From NCBI GenBank assembly GCA_051879615.1, contig JBJEMI010000002.1, positions 3,524-67,523 on the forward strand: 64,000 nt of DNA. Reading direction: 5' to 3'. Each line of letters begins with the position of its first letter. Position 1 is the stretch's first letter. This stretch comes from Lachnospiraceae bacterium. Lineage in GTDB: Bacteria; Bacillota; Clostridia; Lachnospirales; Lachnospiraceae. Below the pieces are notes generated by a model. The model had not been told where the DNA came from. It worked only from the letters and a program-made list of their open reading frames with translations, and did not search any database. Position numbers and translations under genes: made by a program. Shown piece by piece: positions 56,127 to 64,000 of this stretch.

Positions 56127-57764
56127 ATGATTAGTGCAAACAATGTCACTTTGCGTTTAGGTAAAAAAGCATTATTTGAAGATGTAAATATTAAGTTTAC
56201 AGAAGGAAACTGCTATGGACTGATCGGTGCAAACGGTGCCGGAAAATCTACATTTTTAAAAATCTTATCCGGAGAGATCGATTCTACAAACGGAGACATC
56301 GTGATCACACCGGGACAGCGTCTTTCCTTCTTAAAACAGGACCATTTCCAGTACGATGAATTCACCGTCATGGATACAGTTATTATGGGAAATCAGAGAC
56401 TGTATGAGATCATGAAGGAAAAGGAAGCCATTTATGCAAAAGAAGATTTTACGGATGAAGACGGTATCCGTGCTTCTGAATTGGAAGGCGAATTTGCAGA
56501 TATGGATGGTTGGGAAGCGGAGTCCAATGCTGCAACATTATTAAACGGTCTCGGCGTGGATACAGAATATCATTATGAACTGATGAAAGATCTTCCGGGT
56601 GCATTAAAGGTCAAGGTCCTGCTGGCACAGGCACTGTTTGGAAATCCTGATATTCTGCTCCTGGATGAACCGACGAACCACCTGGATTTAGACGCGATCG
56701 CGTGGCTGGAAGAATTCCTGATCAACTTCGAGAATACAGTCATCGTTGTGTCTCATGACCGTTACTTCTTAAATAAAGTATGTACCCATACGGCTGATAT
56801 TGACTATGGTAAGATCCAGCTGTATGCCGGCAACTACGATTTCTGGTACGAATCCAGCCAGCTGATGATCCGCCAGATGAAAGAAGCGAATAAGAAGAAA
56901 GAAGAAAAAATCAAGGAACTGCAGGAGTTTATTTCACGATTCAGTGCCAATGCATCAAAATCCAAACAGGCTACTTCCCGTAAGAAAGCACTGGAAAAAA
57001 TCGAACTGGATGAAATCAGACCGTCCAGCCGTAAATATCCGTACATTGATTTCCGGCCAAATCGTGAAATCGGAAATGAAGTTCTGACAGTAGAAGGAAT
57101 TTCCAAGACGATCGACGGAGTAAAAGTTCTGGACAATGTTTCATTTATTTTAGGCCATAATGATAAGGTTGCATTTGTAGGAAGCAATGAGCTGGCCAAA
57201 ACAACATTATTTAAGATTCTGGCAGGTGAAATGGAACCGGACGAAGGTACCTTCAAATGGGGAGTGACAACAAGTCAGGCATACTTCCCGAAGGATAACT
57301 CCAAAGAATTTGATAATGACTATATTATCGTCGACTGGCTCACACAGTATTCAGAAATCAAGGATGTTACCTATGTACGAGGTTTCCTTGGAAGAATGCT
57401 CTTTGCCGGTGAAGACGGTGTAAAGAAAGTAAAAGTATTATCCGGTGGTGAAAAGGTACGCTGTATGCTCAGTAAACTGATGATTTCAGGAGCGAACATC
57501 CTGATCATGGATGAACCGACGGACCACCTGGACATGGAATCCATTACAGCACTGAATAATGGTATGATCAAATTCCCGGGTGTGTTGTTATTCTCCTCCC
57601 GTGATCACCAGATTGTACAGACAACAGCAAACAGAATTATTGAAATTCTTCCGGATGGAAGCATCATCGATAAGATTACAACATACGATGAATATCTCGA
57701 CAGTGATGCAATGGCGAGAAAGAGAACAGTATTCATTGCACAGAAAGAAGACGACGAAAACTAA
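56127..57764 (+). CDS. ABC-F family ATPase (YbiT/YkpA-like, no membrane domain)
   Basis: Two ABC cassettes (GANGAGKST; LSGGEKVR) joined by a charged linker (KEANKKKEEKIKELQEF). The N-terminus closely parallels E. coli YbiT. Confidence 0.9.
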   Translation: MISANNVTLRLGKKALFEDVNIKFTEGNCYGLIGANGAGKSTFLKILSGEIDSTNGDIVITPGQRLSFLKQDHFQYDEFTVMDTVIMGNQRLYEIMKEKEAIYAKEDFTDEDGIRASELEGEFADMDGWEAESNAATLLNGLGVDTEYHYELMKDLPGALKVKVLLAQALFGNPDILLLDEPTNHLDLDAIAWLEEFLINFENTVIVVSHDRYFLNKVCTHTADIDYGKIQLYAGNYDFWYESSQLMIRQMKEANKKKEEKIKELQEFISRFSANASKSKQATSRKKALEKIELDEIRPSSRKYPYIDFRPNREIGNEVLTVEGISKTIDGVKVLDNVSFILGHNDKVAFVGSNELAKTTLFKILAGEMEPDEGTFKWGVTTSQAYFPKDNSKEFDNDYIIVDWLTQYSEIKDVTYVRGFLGRMLFAGEDGVKKVKVLSGGEKVRCMLSKLMISGANILIMDEPTDHLDMESITALNNGMIKFPGVLLFSSRDHQIVQTTANRIIEILPDGSIIDKITTYDEYLDSDAMARKRTVFIAQKEDDEN

Positions 57765-57801
57765 GACTTATCGTATGGATTGCGAACAATACAGAAATAA
57801 C

Positions 57802-57834
57802 AAACGGGGATCCGCAGCGGATACCCGTTTTGTT
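57802..57834 (+). terminator. intrinsic terminator after the ABC-F gene
   Basis: AAACGGGGATCCG / CGGATACCCGTTT stem (one mismatch) followed by TTTTGTT. Confidence 0.75.
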
Positions 57835-57855
57835 GCATAGGGAGTGAGAATTGGA

Positions 57856-59592
57856 ATGAGAATTAGGAAAAATACGGAAAAGAGAGAATATTCCACCGGA
57901 GAACTGCTGAAAAGATTTGTTCCGTATTACGGAAAGTATAAAAAGATTCTGTTTCTGGATCTGTTCTGTGCGGGGCTGACATCGATCTGTGAACTGGTAC
58001 TGCCGATGATCATCCGTTTTCTGACAAATCAGGCAGTCAATGATGTCAGTGCGCTGACAGTACAGGTGGTGGTGCAGCTGGGAGTGCTTTATCTGATCCT
58101 GCGGCTGATTGACGGTGCCGCAAATTACTATATGGCAGGCATGGGACATGTCATGGGAACCTATATGGAAACCGATATGAGGCGGGATGCCTATGCACAT
58201 CTGCAGAAACTGTCCAATACCTATTACAACAATACAAAGGTGGGACAGATCATGGGGCGTATTACCAATGACCTGTTTGACGTGACTGAATTTGCACATC
58301 ACTGTCCGGAGGAATTTTCTATTGCAGCCCTGAAGGCGGTGATTTCTTTCATCATTTTGATGGGAGTCAGCCCCCTTCTGACAATTTTGATTTTCACCTG
58401 TCTTCCGCTGATGTTTTTTGTCTGTCTGAAGCTGAACCGAAGACAGAAAAAGGTATTCCGTGAGCAGCGTCAGCAGATCGGAGAACTGAATGCGAGAATC
58501 GAAGACAGCCTGCTTGGACAGAGGGTTGTAAAGGCTTTTACAAATGAAGAAAAAGAAAATGACAAGTTCGGGCAGGACAATCAGAAGTTTCTGGGGATCA
58601 AAAAGCACAGTTACCGGATTATGGCACAGTTTTCCACGGCGATCCGTCTCTTTGACGGTTTGATGTATCTGCTTGTCATCACAGGCGGCGGGCTGTTTTT
58701 ATTAAAGGGACTGATCACGCCGGGAGATCTGGTGGCCTATACCATGTATGTGAGTACCATGATTGCGACCATCCGACGGATCATTGAATTTGCGGAACAG
58801 TTCCAGAGAGGAATTACCGGAATTGAGCGTTTTCTGGAGATCATGGATGCGGAGATTGAAATCTTTGATGAACCGGATGCTGTAGAGATGCCGGTACCGA
58901 AGGGAGACATCGTTTTTGAAAATGTAACCTTTGAATATTCGGATGACCATAACGAAGTATTCAAAAATCTGTCCATGCACATCCATGCCGGAGAAAAGCT
59001 GGCACTGGTCGGACCTTCCGGCGGAGGAAAGACGACACTCTGCAACCTGATCCCGAGATTCTATGACGTCACTGCGGGTCGGATCCTGATTGACGGTGTA
59101 GATATCAGGAGCTATACACTGAGAAGTCTTCGAAAAAATATCGGTATCGTTCAGCAGGATGTCTATCTCTTCTCAGGCACGATCATGGATAATATTTTAT
59201 ACGGTAATCTTGATGCGACAAAGGAAGAAGTGATCGAAGCAGCAAAAATGGCAGAAGCACATGAATTTATCATGAAATTAAAAGACGGATATGATACTTA
59301 CGTGGGTGAGCGCGGTGTGAAGCTTTCCGGAGGACAGAAGCAGCGCATCAGCATCGCCAGAGTTTTTCTGAAAAATCCTCCGATTCTGCTGCTGGATGAA
59401 GCCACCAGTGCACTGGATCATGAGAGTGAAGCTGCGATCGTCAGGTCTCTGGATAAGCTGTCACAGGGCAGAACGACTCTGACGATCGCACACAGATTCA
59501 GCAGTATTCAGAATTCCGACCGGGTCGTAGAGCTGGACGAAAGCGGTATTCATCCTCGTAATGAAATATTAATGGAAGAAAAAAGGAAATGA
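57856..59592 (+). CDS. ABC transporter, fused permease/ATPase (MsbA-type exporter half-transporter)
   Basis: Six-TM N-domain. Walker A GPSGGGKTT, signature [13 protein letters not shown], Walker B ILLLDEATSALD. Start is ATG 57856 or GTG 57844. Confidence 0.9.
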   Translation: MRIRKNTEKREYSTGELLKRFVPYYGKYKKILFLDLFCAGLTSICELVLPMIIRFLTNQAVNDVSALTVQVVVQLGVLYLILRLIDGAANYYMAGMGHVMGTYMETDMRRDAYAHLQKLSNTYYNNTKVGQIMGRITNDLFDVTEFAHHCPEEFSIAALKAVISFIILMGVSPLLTILIFTCLPLMFFVCLKLNRRQKKVFREQRQQIGELNARIEDSLLGQRVVKAFTNEEKENDKFGQDNQKFLGIKKHSYRIMAQFSTAIRLFDGLMYLLVITGGGLFLLKGLITPGDLVAYTMYVSTMIATIRRIIEFAEQFQRGITGIERFLEIMDAEIEIFDEPDAVEMPVPKGDIVFENVTFEYSDDHNEVFKNLSMHIHAGEKLALVGPSGGGKTTLCNLIPRFYDVTAGRILIDGVDIRSYTLRSLRKNIGIVQQDVYLFSGTIMDNILYGNLDATKEEVIEAAKMAEAHEFIMKLKDGYDTYVGERGVKLSGGQKQRISIARVFLKNPPILLLDEATSALDHESEAAIVRSLDKLSQGRTTLTIAHRFSSIQNSDRVVELDESGIHPRNEILMEEKRK

Positions 59593-59605
59593 TATGAAAA
59601 ACTGC

Positions 59606-59633
59606 TTGAAATCCCTGAAAAATTCAGTATAAT
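59606..59633 (+). promoter_or_regulatory. sigma-A-type promoter candidate for the amino-acid ABC operon
   Basis: TTGAAA, 16-nt spacer, TATAAT. Confidence 0.5.
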
Positions 59634-59715
59634 ATACTAATGTGCATAAAATGAATATTTATGCAAAAACAGAAACTTTATTAACATTTTATTCATTCGT
59701 TTAAGGAGAATTGTT

Positions 59716-60480
59716 ATGAAAAAGAAATTATTAACACTCGCTCTCACAGCAGTATTGGCAATGAGTGCAGTTGCATGCGGAAGCAGCAATGATGAAGCAA
59801 AGAACACAGAAACAGGAAAAGAAACACTGGTAATGGCAACAAATGCAGAATTTCCTCCATATGAATACTATGAAGGACAGGATATCGTCGGTATTGATGC
59901 TGAGATCGCAGCAGCAGTAGCTGAAAAATTAGGATGTGAACTCAAAATCGAAGATATGGCATTTGATTCTATCATTCCGGCAGTTCAGAGCGGTAAAGCC
60001 GATTTCGGCCTGGCAGGTATGACAGTCAGACCTGACCGTCTGGAAAACGTAAACTTCTCCGATACTTATGCACATGCTACACAGGTAGTTATTTTAACAG
60101 AAGATTCGGAAATTAAATCCATCACAGATCTGGAAGGAAAAACAGTTGGTGTTCAGCTGGGTACTACAGGTGACATTTATGCGGAAGAAGAAATTGCAGA
60201 TGTGACGGTAGAACGTTACAACAAAGGATTTGAGGCAGTTCAGGCACTTTCCCAGGGTAAGATTGATGCAGTGATCATTGACAATGAACCGGCCAAAGTA
60301 TTTGTGGAAGAGAACGAAGGTCTGGTTATTCTCAATGAAGCTTTCACAGAAGAAGATTATGCAATGGCGATTGCAAAAGATAACGATGAATTACTGGAAA
60401 AAGTGAACAAAGCACTTGCCGAATTGAAAGAAGACGGAACATTACAGGAAATCATAGATAAATATATCAAAGCTGAATAG
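59716..60480 (+). CDS. amino-acid ABC transporter substrate-binding lipoprotein (family 3 SBP)
   Basis: Lipobox SAVACG. Motifs FPPYEY, GIDAEIA, DFGLAGMT. Confidence 0.9.
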   Translation: MKKKLLTLALTAVLAMSAVACGSSNDEAKNTETGKETLVMATNAEFPPYEYYEGQDIVGIDAEIAAAVAEKLGCELKIEDMAFDSIIPAVQSGKADFGLAGMTVRPDRLENVNFSDTYAHATQVVILTEDSEIKSITDLEGKTVGVQLGTTGDIYAEEEIADVTVERYNKGFEAVQALSQGKIDAVIIDNEPAKVFVEENEGLVILNEAFTEEDYAMAIAKDNDELLEKVNKALAELKEDGTLQEIIDKYIKAE

Positions 60481-60490
60481 GAAGTTCATT

Positions 60491-61189
60491 ATGGAGTTTT
60501 TTAATAATCTGGCAGACAGATTTTATCTGAATTTTATCAAGGATGACCGTTGGCTGTATATTGCCAACGGCCTGAAAACAACTTTGACAGTAACCCTGTT
60601 TGCGGTGATCATCGGTATTGTGCTGGGATTCATTCTGGCGCTGATACGTTCCACCTGTGAACGTACAGGAAAGATGAAGATTGCCAATTTTTTTGCAAAG
60701 ATCTATCTGACGGTCGTGAGAGGTACTCCGGTTACTGTGCAGCTGTTGATTATTTATTTTGTTGTATTCGGCTCCGTAGCTATTAACAAGACACTGGTTG
60801 CAGTCATCGCATTCGGTCTGAACTCTGCAGCCTATGTTGCTGAGATCTTCCGCAGCGGTATCATGTCCATCGACATCGGACAGATGGAAGCGGGAAGAAG
60901 CATCGGATTCAGCTACTGGCAGACCATGTGGTATATTATTCTGCCGCAGGCATTTAAAACGGTACTTCCGACACTGGGTAACGAATTTATCGTTCTTTTG
61001 AAAGAAACCTCTGTAGCAGGCTATATTGCCCTGCAGGATCTGACAAAGGCCGGTGATATCATACGAAGCCGTACATATGATGCCTTTTTCCCATTAATTT
61101 CCGTAGCTGTCATTTATCTGATTATGGTAATGATCTTTACGAAACTGGTATCTATGCTTGAAAGGAGGCTGCAGCAGAGTGAACGATAA
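60491..61189 (+). CDS. amino-acid ABC transporter permease (His/Glu/Gln/Arg/opine family)
   Basis: Polytopic. EAA-like loop with [14 protein letters not shown]. Confidence 0.9.
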   Translation: MEFFNNLADRFYLNFIKDDRWLYIANGLKTTLTVTLFAVIIGIVLGFILALIRSTCERTGKMKIANFFAKIYLTVVRGTPVTVQLLIIYFVVFGSVAINKTLVAVIAFGLNSAAYVAEIFRSGIMSIDIGQMEAGRSIGFSYWQTMWYIILPQAFKTVLPTLGNEFIVLLKETSVAGYIALQDLTKAGDIIRSRTYDAFFPLISVAVIYLIMVMIFTKLVSMLERRLQQSER

Positions 61190-61922
61190 TACAGCACCGT
61201 TAATCCGTGCGGTGGACGTACGAAAGAACTTCGGAGGTCTGGAAGTTCTGAAGGGAATAGATCTCGATATCTATAAAGGAGATGTGGTCGTAGTGATCGG
61301 ACCGTCCGGTTCCGGCAAGAGTACATTTTTACGCTGTCTGAATCTGCTGGAAGTTCCGACAGGCGGACATATTTTCTTCGAAGATGCGGATATTACAGAT
61401 AAGGCATGTAATATTGATATTCACCGTCAGAAAATGGGAATGGTGTTTCAGCATTTTAATCTGTTCCCGCATATGACGATTTTAAAAAACATGACGATCG
61501 GTCCGATCAAACTGAAGGGCAAGTCACAGGAGGAAGCGGAGAGGTACGCAATGCAGCTTTTGGAGCGGGTAGGTCTTGCAGACAGAGCCAATGCTTATCC
61601 AAGCCAGCTTTCGGGCGGACAGAAACAGCGTATCGCGATCGTGCGTGCCATGTGCATGCAGCCGGATGTACTGCTGTTTGATGAACCGACCAGTGCACTG
61701 GATCCTGAGATGGTAGGGGAAGTTCTTCAGGTAATGAGAGACCTGGCAGCCGAGAAAATGACAATGGTCGTTGTTACCCATGAAATGGGATTTGCAAAGG
61801 AAGTTGCAAACCGTGTGATTTTCATCGATGAAGGTATTATTATGGAAGAAAATGAACCGAAGGAATTCTTTGAACATCCGAAGAATGAACGTTTAAAGAA
61901 CTTTTTAAGCAAAGTATTATAG
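61179..61922 (+). CDS. amino-acid ABC transporter ATP-binding protein
   Basis: GTG after AAAGGAGGCTGCAGCAGA, overlapping the permease 3' end. [34 protein letters not shown]. Confidence 0.9.
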   Translation: MNDNTAPLIRAVDVRKNFGGLEVLKGIDLDIYKGDVVVVIGPSGSGKSTFLRCLNLLEVPTGGHIFFEDADITDKACNIDIHRQKMGMVFQHFNLFPHMTILKNMTIGPIKLKGKSQEEAERYAMQLLERVGLADRANAYPSQLSGGQKQRIAIVRAMCMQPDVLLFDEPTSALDPEMVGEVLQVMRDLAAEKMTMVVVTHEMGFAKEVANRVIFIDEGIIMEENEPKEFFEHPKNERLKNFLSKVL

Positions 61923-61932
61923 TGAATCATTG

Positions 61933-61960
61933 CGAGCAGGCATTTCGCCTGCTCGTTTTG
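61933..61960 (+). terminator. intrinsic terminator after the ABC importer operon
   Basis: CGAGCAGGC / GCCTGCTCG stem with a 5-nt loop, followed by TTTTG. Confidence 0.75.
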
Positions 61961-62043
61961 TGTGAAAGCAGGTAAATTCCCGTTGTGGTATATTGAAGTA
62001 ATTTGGTATAATAAAACTGAATAATCAAAAAGGTGGAAAGACT

Positions 62044-63303
62044 ATGGGGAAATTTTCAAAACGCATTCTGACCGCACTGCTTTCCATGAGCATGATCGCC
62101 GGCACATTGGTTCCGGCTGTATCTGCGAAGGCGGCAGTACGGTTGGTAAATGTTGCAGGAGCTGCAGCAGCGAGTACCGAAAACGGCGAATACGGTACAC
62201 ATGTCATTGCCAATATTAATGATGGTGACGACACGACCAGCTGGCAGACAAGCGGTATCTGGCCTTCCACAGCAGTGCTTCAGCTGGATATGGGCAGAAG
62301 CATTTCCAAGATTGTTGTGAAGCTTGGAGAGAGGGGCGACAATGCCACGGGAAGAACCGCGCTTGTCACTGTTCAGTATGCACAGAACGGAATCACCAGT
62401 GATCTGATTGATTTCGGAACAAAGAGAATGACAGTGGATTCGGATGGAGAGTTTATTGTAGACACACCGGTGTCTGCAACACATATTTATGTGACGTTGT
62501 CCGATCCGCGGAATGCAGACGGAACAGCAGGCGGCTTCTGGCCGTCAGTTGAAGAGGTCGAAATCTATGAGCAGCAGGATGCGGAATTGTCTGCATACCA
62601 GAATATTGCAGCTCAGGCGGAAGTCAGGAAAAACGGCAACAGTGACGGAAATGAGGCAAACCTCACAGACGGCAATGACAGAACACTGTACAAGTTCCAT
62701 AATGCACAGCAGACATCTGAAAAAGAGATCGTTCTGACTTATGCTTCCGCAAGAAGCATGGATGCATTCAGAATTGCTTTTGAGAAAGTTGCTACGGAAC
62801 CGTACGACTATAAGTTTACATACAGTATTCAGGCGCGAAACGGCAGCGGAGAATATGATACGATCGCAGATCATGTGGTGGCAGACCGTACGGAAAACTG
62901 GGAACAGACTTATTCCATCTCGGAAAAGACCTATACGGAAGCCAAGATCGTGATGCATTCCTGCAGAACATATCGCGATACTGCAAACGGCTGGCCGGCA
63001 GTTGCGGAATTCGAAATATACGGAAGCGAGGAAGAAGTGGATGATGACGGAAGCATCTCATTCGGAAAACCGGTTCATGTATCTTCAGGAAAATCGCTGG
63101 CGAAGAATATTACCGACGGCAGTTTGAATTCTGCATGGCGCGGTTCCTACTATCCGGCCTATGTGGACATCGATCTGGAAGAAAACTACAATCTGGATAC
63201 GGTCACCGTATTTACACCGTCAAACGGATATTCTCAGTATACGATCTATACAAGTATGAATGGACGTGATAATGGTTTTCTTTTCAAAGAAAGTCATTAC
63301 TGA
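62044..63303 (+). CDS. secreted F5/8 type C (discoidin) domain protein; third domain truncated (possible gene remnant)
   Basis: Signal peptide (LLSMSMIAGTLVPAVSAKA). Two full, roughly 145-aa discoidin-like modules each end in E(V/F)EIYE/G. The third (NITDGSLNSAWRG...) stops after about 83 aa. Confidence 0.7.
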   Translation: MGKFSKRILTALLSMSMIAGTLVPAVSAKAAVRLVNVAGAAAASTENGEYGTHVIANINDGDDTTSWQTSGIWPSTAVLQLDMGRSISKIVVKLGERGDNATGRTALVTVQYAQNGITSDLIDFGTKRMTVDSDGEFIVDTPVSATHIYVTLSDPRNADGTAGGFWPSVEEVEIYEQQDAELSAYQNIAAQAEVRKNGNSDGNEANLTDGNDRTLYKFHNAQQTSEKEIVLTYASARSMDAFRIAFEKVATEPYDYKFTYSIQARNGSGEYDTIADHVVADRTENWEQTYSISEKTYTEAKIVMHSCRTYRDTANGWPAVAEFEIYGSEEEVDDDGSISFGKPVHVSSGKSLAKNITDGSLNSAWRGSYYPAYVDIDLEENYNLDTVTVFTPSNGYSQYTIYTSMNGRDNGFLFKESHY

Positions 63304-63311
63304 CTTTTTCT

Positions 63312-63340
63312 GTGCATTTTTTTCCATATTGTGGTAGAAT
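63312..63340 (+). promoter_or_regulatory. extended -10 promoter candidate for the CDF gene
   Basis: GTGCAT, 17-nt spacer, TGGTAGAAT. Confidence 0.4.
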
Positions 63341-63368
63341 ATCATTATGTTTTGAGGAGTGTGAAGAA

Positions 63369-64000
63369 ATGATACAGATATTAGTAAACAGATTTATCAG
63401 GGATGCTGAAAATATCAATGATGCCAGGGTGCGCCAAAAGTATGGTCAGCTGGCGGGTACAGTGGGAATTGCCTGTAATTTCCTGTTGTTTTTACTGAAG
63501 CTTGCTGCCGGAATGATGACAGGCGCAGTCTCAGTGATGGCAGATGCTTTCAACAATCTTTCCGATGCAGGGTCTTCTGTAGTGACAATGATCGGTTTTT
63601 ATATGGCGGGAAAGCCGGCGGATCCGGAACATCCTTTCGGACACGGGCGTATAGAATATCTTTCAGGCCTGTTTGTGGCAGTTGCGATACTTTTGATGGG
63701 ATTTGAACTGCTCAAATCCTCTGCAGAGAAGATCCTGCATCCCCAGGCACTTGAATTTCGTCTGATTTCCGTAATCATTCTGGCTGCTGCCATCGGCACG
63801 AAGCTCTGGCTGGCATATTTTAATCAGAAGCTTGGAAATCGGATTTCATCAGAAGCGATGAAGGCAACAGCAGCAGATTCCTTAAGTGACTGTGTTTCCA
63901 CAGCAGCAGTTCTGGCAGGAATTCTGATCTATTATTTCTTTCATCTGAATCTGGATGGCTATATCGGAGCCGTGGTTGCGGTACTGGTACTGATTGCCGG
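63369..64000 (+). CDS. cation diffusion facilitator family metal exporter, 5' portion (continues beyond window)
   Basis: ATG after GAGGAGTGTGAAGAA. Open to the window end. Motifs SVMADAFNNLSD and HPFGHGRIEYLSG. Confidence 0.9.
   Translation, partial: MIQILVNRFIRDAENINDARVRQKYGQLAGTVGIACNFLLFLLKLAAGMMTGAVSVMADAFNNLSDAGSSVVTMIGFYMAGKPADPEHPFGHGRIEYLSGLFVAVAILLMGFELLKSSAEKILHPQALEFRLISVIILAAAIGTKLWLAYFNQKLGNRISSEAMKATAADSLSDCVSTAAVLAGILIYYFFHLNLDGYIGAVVAVLVLIA

Noticed and set aside
57733-58608. 291-aa ORF on the - strand
   Set aside because: It is antisense to the ABC exporter and spans the ABC-F terminator. Its composition is low-complexity and His/Cys/Gln-rich.
59643-59665. Possible attenuator/T-box in front of the amino-acid ABC operon
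   Set aside because: There is only an 8-bp AT-rich hairpin without a U-tract. The leader (about 80 nt) is far too short for a T-box.
1-64000. Scan for CRISPR arrays, tRNA/rRNA genes, IS elements, integrases, prophage or known defence genes
   Set aside because: I found no regularly spaced repeats, no tRNA-like or rRNA-like sequence, and no transposase, recombinase or phage-type ORFs. Apart from barnase/barstar and the surface glycan proteins, the window reads as core chromosome.

Overview
This is a densely coding stretch of core chromosome (about 62 CDS, mostly on the + strand) from an endospore-forming Firmicute of the class Clostridia. Gene order and protein sequences look Lachnospiraceae-like, but that taxon is only my inference. 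Gene content from left to right: the 3' part of pnp; the complete spoIIIAA-AH sporulation operon; a coiled-coil NlpC/P60 wall hydrolase; a Cof-type HAD phosphatase; D-lactate dehydrogenase (- strand) with a Rex-like operator; a small ORF plus an orphan cobT; pflB-pflA with a translationally coupled SIS-domain gene; maf; pyrH-frr-uppS-cdsA-dxr-rseP-ychF-lgt. Next comes a reduced dcw cluster (mraZ-rsmH-ftsL-PBP-PBP-mraY-murD-ftsW-murA-ftsQ-ftsZ), then divergent aroE/aroD and spoIIGA-sigE with sigG inverted and convergent. These are followed by glgC-glgD; a membrane/coiled-coil protein; a ridA-aminotransferase operon (- strand); a lipoprotein barnase plus barstar; an EamA transporter; a lysine riboswitch controlling an NhaC-family transporter; ylmC/ymxH (- strand); and nrdR-yqeG-aroK. 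The right end holds a 1713-aa SLH-anchored GH2 glycosidase; an ABC-F ATPase; an MsbA-type ABC exporter; a three-gene amino-acid ABC importer; a 3'-truncated discoidin-domain protein; and the start of a CDF metal exporter. I saw no rRNA, tRNA, CRISPR array, transposase, integrase, phage gene or recognisable defence gene. I do not see a convincing novel multi-gene system here. The observations most worth a second look are regulatory or architectural: the L-box/NhaC pairing, the inverted sigG, a spoIIG promoter with an over-long spacer, candidate Rex and MraZ operators, a 60-nt hairpin between the two PBP genes that also covers the downstream SD, the lipoprotein barnase/barstar pair with interleaved divergent promoters, a recent SLH-module duplication, and a truncated discoidin gene. 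All motif consensus sequences are quoted from memory, and all promoter and terminator calls were made by eye.
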